A stretch of 64,000 nucleotides of DNA from the NCBI GenBank assembly GCA_016929435.1, contig JAFGIV010000022.1:26918-90917 (forward strand), given 5' to 3'. Position 1 is the first letter of the stretch. Each line of letters opens with the position of its first letter. This DNA is from Candidatus Uhrbacteria bacterium. GTDB taxonomy: Bacteria; Patescibacteriota; Patescibacteriia; SG8-24. Below are positions 6,926-13,723 of the stretch, piece after piece. The notes beneath the pieces are model-generated. The model was given only the letters and a program-made list of their open reading frames with translations, made no database searches and was not told the DNA's origin. A program made the translations under genes and the position numbers.

Positions 6926-7612
6926 CTATGATTCCCAGCCGGAAATCATGCGCCTGATCCAGAATATGACCATTCCGAAAAACAGGGAAGTCAGGATGAA
7001 AAGGGATTTCACCATCGGCAGGAGCATCAGGACGGCCAAGGTGAACAGGGGGAAGAAGATCATGTACATCACGTCGGCCTTGGTGACCAGGTGCTCGCGC
7101 TTCTTCTGGACGGCATATATCTGGGCGAACAGCACCGCCGCCACTGCCGTTGCCCAAAACCAGCTGCGGGCCGCCAGGTCAAAACCGAAAAAGTCGGTAT
7201 TAACGGCTGCGGGCGGACTGATCCAGGGGTAGATAAGGTCCGCGCCGGTGAAACGGATTCCTGCCATGAAAACCTGGTATATGAGCACCAAAACCAGACC
7301 CTGTACCCCCAAGACGAATACCTTCGACCAATAGCTGACCCTATGGTCCTTCAGTAGTTCCCGAATCTTCTCCTTCCGCCTTACCGGATCGGTCCTGAAC
7401 TCCCGCTCCAGTTCCCCGATTTTCTCGCTTAGCCTCTCATAGCTGGAACGGCTTCGCTCGTCGATGATCGTGAACGGCAAGAGAGCGACGCGCAGGACCA
7501 CGGTCAATTCCACGATAGCCAGCCCCAGGTTACCGAAAGCCGGCCCCTGATACAGCCAAATCAGGGCGTTCAGGAGCGGGACGTATAGCCAATCGTGCCA
7601 AAATGCACCCAT
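6926..7612 (-). CDS. yidC: membrane protein insertase YidC (short form)
   Basis: Polytopic 228-aa protein; N-terminal LIWLYQ...GLAIVELTVVLRVALLPFT and overall topology typical of short YidC/Oxa1. Confidence 0.7.
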   Translation of the reverse strand: MGAFWHDWLYVPLLNALIWLYQGPAFGNLGLAIVELTVVLRVALLPFTIIDERSRSSYERLSEKIGELEREFRTDPVRRKEKIRELLKDHRVSYWSKVFVLGVQGLVLVLIYQVFMAGIRFTGADLIYPWISPPAAVNTDFFGFDLAARSWFWATAVAAVLFAQIYAVQKKREHLVTKADVMYMIFFPLFTLAVLMLLPMVKSLFILTSLFFGMVIFWIRRMISGWES

Positions 7613-7723
7613 AGTGATTTCCTTGACGGAACAGAGAAATTATATCCGAACGGCGCTTGGGAAGCAACATCCAAAAGGCAAGGGGGCGTCTCCTGACGCC
7701 CCCTTCGCCGTGCCGATTCCGGC

Positions 7724-8062
7724 TTACATCTGCCTGTAGGCACCGTTCCGCCAGGCGTCGATCGACTGCCTGAGGAACGGGTTTTCCACGATCTCGTAGA
7801 TCATGGACTTTCCGTTGCGGTTCATGGTGACGATCCGGTACTTGCGGAGAATCCGCAGCTGGTGCGAGACCCGAGAAACGGAATATCCGAACAGCTTGGC
7901 GATCTCGCTGACCGTCAGCCCGTTTTTGGACTGGGCCAGGGCACAGATTATCCTGTATCGGACCTGTCCGGAAATCGCCCGGAGAACGTCATGATTCTTC
8001 CTGAACTTGTCGCTGGCAAGATATTGGCGTATCTTGTCCAGTTCCCTGTCGGTTACTGGCAT
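7724..8062 (-). CDS. ArsR/SmtB-family HTH transcriptional regulator
   Basis: 112 aa with a wHTH core (...RIICALAQSKNGLTVSEIAKLFGYSVSRVSHQLRILRKYRIVTMNRNGK). Confidence 0.65.
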   Translation of the reverse strand: MPVTDRELDKIRQYLASDKFRKNHDVLRAISGQVRYRIICALAQSKNGLTVSEIAKLFGYSVSRVSHQLRILRKYRIVTMNRNGKSMIYEIVENPFLRQSIDAWRNGAYRQM

Positions 8063-8105
8063 GTTTTTGCGTTATTAATTCTTAACATGATTTTTTTGCG
8101 CAAAA
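8060..8105. promoter_or_regulatory. nested inverted repeats overlapping the arsR-like start codon (putative autoregulatory operator)
   Basis: CATGTT-N18-AACATG nested inside TTTTTGCG-N27-CGCAAAA; the outer CATG includes the regulator's start codon. Confidence 0.35.
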
Positions 8106-8263
8106 TTTACGGTAGCAACGAACAGAAAAAGTGTCAAGCGGCAAAAACCTGCGGATATCCCCACCCGCTCCGGACCGCCCTTTTCACGGACCTTGACGGG
8201 ACCGCAAAAAGATGGTAAAAATAGGCAAACCAACGAAACAACCGCACCTTAAAGGAGGCCGAA

Positions 8264-8845
8264 ATGTATGAGGAGCAGAGTGCCAGGGACCTGACATTGG
8301 TCCTGGCCATGGGCCGCATTGGTCCCGAGCAGTTCGGGATCTTCGGACGGGGAAACATAGCGGATGGGGGGCCGCTCACCATCACGGCCACCGTGATAGG
8401 GGCGAGTCACGTAATCAACCTGTCCTACGACGACAGGGAGGTTTTCTCAGAGCTATTCGCATGCGTCGAATTCGCCTGCGATATCCCGCACCTGATCATC
8501 CCCCCGTGGGATGACCGGGGCCGGATTTCCAAAATTGAATTCAGGGCAGATTCCGCTACCCTGAGATATTCCTTCTGCCCCCGACTGCTTTCGGTCGGGG
8601 ACGGACGGAAAGAGACGGAACGGATAGCCGAAGCCGCTGTCCGAGCCGAAAACAACGGCCACGAGTTGGGTCTCATCCACGAGTTCCCTCCCGAACCGCA
8701 CGAAACATGCGGATCACGGACAATCGTCCTTGTCCGTTGGGACAGGGAAAAGAGGGCCATCTCAACCGAGACGGTCCACGAGTACCTCAATGAGGACCGG
8801 GTGGCATTCACCCGGTCGATAATTTCCATCCTCCCGCCGTCATAG
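8264..8845 (+). CDS. hypothetical protein
   Basis: 193-aa ORF with coding-like composition; no recognisable motifs. Confidence 0.35.
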   Translation: MYEEQSARDLTLVLAMGRIGPEQFGIFGRGNIADGGPLTITATVIGASHVINLSYDDREVFSELFACVEFACDIPHLIIPPWDDRGRISKIEFRADSATLRYSFCPRLLSVGDGRKETERIAEAAVRAENNGHELGLIHEFPPEPHETCGSRTIVLVRWDREKRAISTETVHEYLNEDRVAFTRSIISILPPS

Positions 8846-8948
8846 TAGCCCACCACGACACGACGCACCTTCCCCTCAAGCGCCTTTTCGGGCGCTTTTT
8901 CGTTCCCAAAACCCCAACAGGGAGCCGTCAGGCTGCGGGAAGGCGGAA

Positions 8949-9356
8949 TCAGGCCAAGACCTCCTGAATCACCCCGACCACGTCCTTCAGGCTGGAGGAG
9001 TCCTTCAGCAGGTGGCGGCTTATGTTGTGCTGAAATATGCCCTCCTGATTTTTCGTCCCGATGATATTGGTGAAGATGACCACGGGAACGTCCTTTCCCC
9101 AAACGGATTGCCGAAGGCCCTTCAGCATGGCGTAACCGTCCATTACCGGCATTATCAGGTCCAAAAGGACCAGGTCCGGCCTCTCCCTTTCCCCCAAATC
9201 CAGCCCGTCCCTGCCGTTGGCGGCCGTCACCACGTCGAAATCGGATTTTTCCAAAAACCGACGGAGGGGCTTGACCAGGACTTCCTCGTCCTCCACCACC
9301 ATCACCTTCCTCTTCCTTGCGCTCTTGCCGATCTTGACCATACTTCCCGATCCCAT
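8949..9356 (-). CDS. response regulator receiver (CheY-like, single domain)
   Basis: KVMVVEDEEVLVKPLRRFLEKSDFDVVTAANGRDGLDLGERERPDLVLLDLIMPVMDGYAMLKGLRQ... carries the receiver-domain acidic pocket and the phospho-acceptor D in LLDLIMP. Confidence 0.7.
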   Translation of the reverse strand: MGSGSMVKIGKSARKRKVMVVEDEEVLVKPLRRFLEKSDFDVVTAANGRDGLDLGERERPDLVLLDLIMPVMDGYAMLKGLRQSVWGKDVPVVIFTNIIGTKNQEGIFQHNISRHLLKDSSSLKDVVGVIQEVLA

Positions 9357-9476
9357 GATTTACGTGCAGTAATTATACACTGATTCCCGATACCGTAAAT
9401 GCCCGGTTTGGGTGGGGCAAATGCCGTTGGCGGAAAAACCGTTCCGACAGGAGACACCCGCCGAACGGATAGGGTC

Positions 9477-9505
9477 TGGACAACCGAAAAAGGACATGGT
9501 ATTGT
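9477..9505 (+). promoter_or_regulatory. candidate promoter of tRNA-Glu (TGGACA-N17-TATTGT)
   Basis: Hexamers with 17-nt spacing ending ~15 nt before the mature tRNA 5' end. Confidence 0.35.
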
Positions 9506-9520
9506 CCTTTCGGATATTGG

Positions 9521-9598
9521 GGTCCCATCGTCTAGCCCGGTCCAGGACGTCTCCCTCTCACGGAGAAAACAGGGGTTCGAATCCCCTTGGGACTACCA
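9521..9598 (+). tRNA. tRNA-Glu (anticodon CUC), CCA encoded
   Basis: Hand-folded cloverleaf: acceptor GGTCCCA/TGGGACT; anticodon stem TCTCC/GGAGA with loop CTCTCAC; T arm AGGGG-TTCGAAT-CCCCT. Closely resembles bacterial tRNA-Glu (GTCCCCTTCGTCTAG...CAGGGGTTCGAATCCCCT...). Confidence 0.85.
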
Positions 9599-9602
9599 GA
9601 AG

Positions 9603-9632
9603 CACTCACCGAATGGTGGGTGTTTTTATTTT
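9603..9632 (+). terminator. rho-independent terminator after tRNA-Glu
   Basis: Stem cactcacc/ggtgggtg (one G-U) with loop gaat, then TTTTTATTTT. Confidence 0.6.
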
Positions 9633-9694
9633 GTTCGCCTTTAAAAAACCGTGATATAGTTTTTGCGTAATCTAAGGCCTGTTTTCTTGGCTAT

Positions 9695-10081
9695 ATGTCT
9701 ATATCCATAAAAAATATTTTTACCGCCCATAACAATCGAAGCGCTTCTTTTCGGAAAAAAGCTCTTGGTTATTTTCTTGTCTTTCTGGGTGCGTTTCCAG
9801 CGGTTGCATTTGCTTTAGCCTTCGTATTTTGTTTGTTCTTTCCGAATAATCACCTGATGAGGACATACATCATGGTCGATTTTGCTCTTGTCGAAGTCGT
9901 TGGCCCTATGGCATACGTGTTGCTATTGCTGTTGGCTTTGGCTGTGTTTTCTGCGCCGTTTTTCCTGTTGGTCTATATTGGCTTTCTTCTTGTTGGTTCG
10001 AAGAAAAAGAAACCGTCGGGCCAAGCCGTGCTGTTCGCGGTGTTTGCCTATTTTATCTGCTTTTCCGTTTTTTTTTTCTGA
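9695..10081 (+). CDS. small polytopic membrane protein (3-4 TM), AT-rich islet
   Basis: Hydrophobic segments; stop TGA overlaps the next ATG (TGATG), so the two are translationally coupled. Confidence 0.5.
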   Translation: MSISIKNIFTAHNNRSASFRKKALGYFLVFLGAFPAVAFALAFVFCLFFPNNHLMRTYIMVDFALVEVVGPMAYVLLLLLALAVFSAPFFLLVYIGFLLVGSKKKKPSGQAVLFAVFAYFICFSVFFF

Positions 10082-10823
10082 TGACTGAGAATCTGAATAC
10101 GAAATTTGACAGGAAAGTCTCTGGAATGAAAAGTCTTAATACTGGAATCGGGCATCCTATCTTGCCCGAATTTGATGTCATTAACATTTCCAAGTATGTG
10201 AAGTACGATGACATTGTCATTTATCAGGGAGATAGCTACGGGTACAAGTATACGGGTGATGCCTATAGCCAGATCGCCTTGGACCTTGACGTTGAAGGTC
10301 GTACTCTGTTTGTCAGGCGCTCTGAGATGGAGACCTATGTCGTACTCTGTTTGTCAGGCGCTCTGAGATGGAGACCTATTACGATGTCGAAATAGGTCAT
10401 GTGAAGAACAGGTATCCTTTATACCCGGCCGGCACCAAGAAACTGACCATCGAAATCACCGTTCCTGACCTTGACCGCATCATTGTTGAGGGTGGACATG
10501 TCAGCCTAGAGGGTTTGGAAGTGAATGACCTGCGGATTGACCTAAATAAGCGGTTCGTTGAGCTGAAAGGGGATTTGGTGGTGAGAGACGGTTTTGTCCT
10601 GAATGCTAAAGGGGGAGTGGTAGATTTGGAGGGTTCCGCAAAAAACCTAGAAATAAATTCCGGGGACTGTTGGATTGATATGGAGAATTTTACGGCTGAG
10701 ACCGCCTCAATAAACGCCGTTAACACCAGTCGTTTGAACGTTTACGTAACGGAAAACATGGAGGTCATTTCCGGGGTTAATTCTGGGATAGTCAAACATT
10801 TCGATTTCCATCAGGAAGAGTAA
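10081..10823 (+). pseudogene. putative-adhesin/beta-helix-like (DUF2807/DUF4097-like) gene split into two ORFs (10081..10395 and 10368..10823) by a frameshifting 41-bp tandem duplication
   Basis: Removing one 41-bp copy joins ...GRTLFVRRSEMETY to YDVEIGHVKNRYPLY... in frame, giving a single 233-aa protein. Confidence 0.6.
10298..10379 (+). repeat. perfect tandem duplication, 2 x 41 bp (gtcgtactctgtttgtcaggcgctctgagatggagacctat)
   Basis: Copy 10298-10338 is identical to copy 10339-10379. 41 is not a multiple of 3, so the duplication causes a frameshift. Confidence 0.95.
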
Positions 10824-10841
10824 CCGTGTTTGAAAAGACGA

Positions 10842-10953
10842 CGTTCCAGCACGAAAAGCACTACCACCCGCATCCAGCACGGGGAGGCTGTCTCCAATAG
10901 CTGGAGACGGCCTTTAAAGCCTCGAAACAAAAACACCCGAAAGGGTGTTTTTG
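10842..10953 (+). repeat. intergenic palindromic repeat element copy A (~110 bp: hairpin GGCTGTCTCCAatagcTGGAGACGGCC plus terminator CACCCgaaaGGGTG-T5)
   Basis: ~88% identical to copy B (13580..13691); the core palindrome also occurs at 12390..12428. Sits 19 nt after a stop codon. Confidence 0.85.
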
Positions 10954-11118
10954 TGTGCTGGGTTATTTTAATTGCGAAGGGGGGGTGCTTTATGGTATTG
11001 TGCAAATAACATATTTCAATCTAGAAAATAATTTTCGCTTCGTTAGTGGCGGTGCTTTATATCGTTATTCGAAGCTATGTCGAGGGAATTATTAATAATA
11101 TACTTAACCATTGCAAAT

Positions 11119-11724
11119 ATGAAAAATAATATTTTTATTAGAGTGATGTTGGCCACAATGGGCCTCTTTTCTCTATCTTTGTTCTTTTTGGTCTCCAATG
11201 TATACGCATATGTAGCAAGTGGATACACCCGCCCTTCAGGAAACGTAAGTTTTTACTTGCATGGCGCACTGGTGAATGTGGGGTGGCAGGGAGCGATAGA
11301 CAACGCTCGTAGCGAATGGAACGGGGCAGGATCTTCCTTTACGTTCTCTCAAAGCGGTACCGCTACAAGAAGCCCGAGCTTGGTTCAAAGCAGCACGACT
11401 GATGGGTATAACGACATCGGAGCACTTTCGTTGGACCTCAGTTATGTTGGATTTACATCTTCTGTTGCTAGTGGAACATCGATCATTGAAACGGACACAG
11501 CTTATAACTTGGAGAAGTCCTTTGATGTAAATCCGAATATTTATCAGTATGATGTTGAGAGTGTTGCTGTACATGAATTGGGCCACTGGTTACATTTGGA
11601 CGAAACACAGTCGTGGCGATGCTTTGCGTCTCCGCCAAGTATGTGCGGATCAGTTTCTATGGGGAGCACATATATGCGTTCTATAGAATCCGACGACATT
11701 AACGGCATTCAATATATCTATTAA
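11119..11724 (+). CDS. secreted metzincin-like zinc metalloprotease (snapalysin M7 / matrixin M10-like)
   Basis: Signal peptide MKNNIFIRVMLATMGLFSLSLFFLVSNVYA. Zinc motif VAVHELGHWLHLDE, a Cys pair, Met-turn candidate STYM and C-terminal DDINGIQYIY (matrixin DDIxGIQxLY signature). Confidence 0.6.
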   Translation: MKNNIFIRVMLATMGLFSLSLFFLVSNVYAYVASGYTRPSGNVSFYLHGALVNVGWQGAIDNARSEWNGAGSSFTFSQSGTATRSPSLVQSSTTDGYNDIGALSLDLSYVGFTSSVASGTSIIETDTAYNLEKSFDVNPNIYQYDVESVAVHELGHWLHLDETQSWRCFASPPSMCGSVSMGSTYMRSIESDDINGIQYIY

Positions 11725-11725
11725 T

Positions 11726-12337
11726 ATGAAGAAAACAACATTAATTGTAGCGGGATTGGCGGTTATAGTGTCTCTTACGACGCTGATGTACGGACTTGAT
11801 GGCAAAGACCAGGGAGGCAGCGCAACCCCACAGGGCGACGGAACGAGATTGTTGGTCAATGCCTTGCGTACAGAGCCTGATTTTAGGGTTGATACCCTTG
11901 ATTCCAGTATGATAGTTCAGGGGGAGGTGATTGCGGTCGATGAACTGTCTGACCAACCCTTAAGCCACAATACGCGTATAACCATTTCTGTCGACCAGTT
12001 GATTAAGGGGGATGATGTCAGCGAAACGATAGAGGTTTATGCGTTAGGTGGCGGCGGTGTAGAGGTTGTAGGAGATAACGAGAAAATAGGTCTTGTTGCA
12101 GGTGACGTCGGCATTTTCTTCCTTGGTTGGATGCCTGTGTCTGAAGGGTTCTACACATTTTTTGGCGGTTCAAGGGGCGTTTATGTTGAAAAGGACGCAC
12201 ATATTCGTAATTGGGGTGGAAAATCAATTAAAACTGATAGGTTTGTGCGCGAGATTGAGAAAGTGCTAGCTGACCCTGATGATAGAGAACATCAAAAGAC
12301 TTTGGGAGAGATGATCCGTGATAAGGAGTCTGAATAG
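11726..12337 (+). CDS. secreted partner protein P1 (signal peptide; paralogous to 12898..13527)
   Basis: MKKTTLIVAGLAVIVSLTTLMYG signal peptide; starts 1 nt after the protease stop. Shares the core ...V.G.VI......V.V...IKGD....TV...GG with the P2 paralog. Confidence 0.5.
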   Translation: MKKTTLIVAGLAVIVSLTTLMYGLDGKDQGGSATPQGDGTRLLVNALRTEPDFRVDTLDSSMIVQGEVIAVDELSDQPLSHNTRITISVDQLIKGDDVSETIEVYALGGGGVEVVGDNEKIGLVAGDVGIFFLGWMPVSEGFYTFFGGSRGVYVEKDAHIRNWGGKSIKTDRFVREIEKVLADPDDREHQKTLGEMIRDKESE

Positions 12338-12389
12338 AAGGTGTAAGAGGATACTACTTTTTCTTGGGACTACCACTTACATAAAGCGC

Positions 12390-12428
12390 GAGGAGGCCGT
12401 CTCCAATAGCTGGAGACGGCCGTTAGGG
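12390..12428 (+). repeat. repeat element copy C (core palindrome only, perfect 11-bp stem GGCCGTCTCCA atagc TGGAGACGGCC)
   Basis: Identical core to copy A. Lies immediately upstream of, and truncating, the second protease ORF; an in-frame TAG sits inside the repeat. Confidence 0.8.
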
Positions 12429-12430
12429 TC

Positions 12431-12895
12431 TTGTTGGTTACGCCTTTAGGTTCTGCGCTTGCTTGTTCCCAGGATTCATTGTTTTGGACTAGCGCCGTTG
12501 ATAGCGGGGAGATACGTTGGGGCGGTTCCACAAAGTATTCGTGGGAGTGGCAAGATGCGAGGGGTGCATGGAACCAGTTGAGTCCCGTTGATATTCTTCC
12601 TGATACAATATACACATATGAGGATTTAAAAATTTCGGACGTTGACAGCCATTACTTGGGATATTGGGGGGCATACATTCCTTCGTTGGGGACTGATGAT
12701 TTGGAGCTTAATGAATATTTTATGGATGGGGGCTCATACGGAAACAGGGCACATATCGTCTCTCATGAACTTGGCCGTGCTTTAGGTCTCGACCATGTTG
12801 ATGGTTGCGATCATGTGATGGATGATTATCAATATTGCACTTCAGTCACACCGTCATCAAACGATGAATGTAGCTACGATGAATTATGGAACTAG
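12431..12895 (+). CDS. degenerate paralog of the metzincin-like protease (5'-truncated, no signal peptide, zinc-motif H->R); possible pseudogene
   Basis: The ORF begins at TTG with no upstream ATG, and an in-frame stop lies in the repeat just upstream. Motif HIVSHELGRALGLDHVDGCDH is snapalysin-like HExGHxLGLxDH, but the second His is Arg (CGT where His would be CAT). Confidence 0.5.
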   Translation: MLVTPLGSALACSQDSLFWTSAVDSGEIRWGGSTKYSWEWQDARGAWNQLSPVDILPDTIYTYEDLKISDVDSHYLGYWGAYIPSLGTDDLELNEYFMDGGSYGNRAHIVSHELGRALGLDHVDGCDHVMDDYQYCTSVTPSSNDECSYDELWN

Positions 12896-12897
12896 GG

Positions 12898-13527
12898 ATG
12901 AAAGGCAAAATTATAGGCGGGGGGGTACTGCTTCTTGGCGTGCTGGGTATTGGTCTTCACGCTAATGTTTTGAGGGTGCCGGGTATTGTTAACCAGGTTG
13001 GCACTGTTGCAATCGCTAACTTTTCGGATGATGCCGAACTCGTAGGAGCGGCACATAACGTTTTTGTTGGTAAGGTAATAAAGAAACAGGACAGCTTTGT
13101 TGAGGGCAGGCTTGCCTTCACTCCTTATGAGGTTGTCGTCCTTTCCAATATCAAAGGTGATTTAGAAGGAACGGTAACGGTCCTTCAAAATGGGGGGTAT
13201 AAAGATGGGTTCTTGCAAATCTTGCATGATTCCGAATCGCCTGATGGGAGACTTCCATTTCCTGAAGTCAATCAATTATATCTGTTTTCAAGCAGACATA
13301 ATGTTGAGGCCGATGTCCACTACCTTCTTCCTACGATTCATGCTATGGAAAAGGTGAGTTCGAATACAGAATTTGGTGCCCAGGCTGACATTGCCGCCAT
13401 AACCAAGAGTGTTCGCATAGAAGAGCTGAGGGAAGCATATAAAAATGAGGTAGTTCCTTTGGCGGATAGGGAGCACGGTAGTGATTTCAATAGCTACAAT
13501 AAAACTGTACCGCAAAAGATTGAGTAG
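12898..13527 (+). CDS. secreted partner protein P2 (paralog of P1)
   Basis: Start chosen at MKGKIIGGGVLLLGVLGIGLHA (signal peptide), 3 nt after the upstream stop. Similar to P1. Confidence 0.5.
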   Translation: MKGKIIGGGVLLLGVLGIGLHANVLRVPGIVNQVGTVAIANFSDDAELVGAAHNVFVGKVIKKQDSFVEGRLAFTPYEVVVLSNIKGDLEGTVTVLQNGGYKDGFLQILHDSESPDGRLPFPEVNQLYLFSSRHNVEADVHYLLPTIHAMEKVSSNTEFGAQADIAAITKSVRIEELREAYKNEVVPLADREHGSDFNSYNKTVPQKIE

Positions 13528-13579
13528 GTTACGGGTTTGTGACAGAACTGATGTCGCACTGCCGTCTTGAAAAATCACC

Positions 13580-13691
13580 GCTCCAGCACGAAGGACACTG
13601 CCGCCCACATCCAGCACGGGGAGGTTGTCTCCACTATCTGTAAACGGCCGTTAAAGCCTCGAAACAAAAACACCCGAAAGGGTGTTTTTTG
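13580..13691 (+). repeat. repeat element copy B (~110 bp), at the islet boundary
   Basis: gctccagcacgaaggacactgccgcccacatccagcacggggaggttgtctcc...aaacacccgaaagggtgtttttt aligns to copy A; its palindrome is partly degraded. Confidence 0.85.
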
Positions 13692-13723
13692 CCTTTTTGC
13701 CGCGGTTTGTTCCAGGGTAGGCC

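Noticed and set aside
8425-9102. Minus-strand ORF 8425..9102 (225 aa)
   Set aside because: It overlaps both the + strand hypothetical gene and the response-regulator gene. Its translation is low complexity (SGGHISAQHKPPPAEG...), so it is likely spurious.
9399-9654. + strand ORFs 9399..9644 and 9412..9654
   Set aside because: They read straight through the tRNA-Glu gene and its terminator, so they are not protein-coding.
10842-13691. Integron-like gene-cassette array (ORF followed by imperfect palindromic attC-like site, repeated)
   Set aside because: No intI integrase or attI nearby. The palindromes lack clear GTTRRRY core sites: GTTAGGG and GTTAAAG end in G, not Y. Two of the three copies are followed by canonical intrinsic terminators. 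A REP/terminator repeat family explains them better, and the resemblance is noted only as a caveat.
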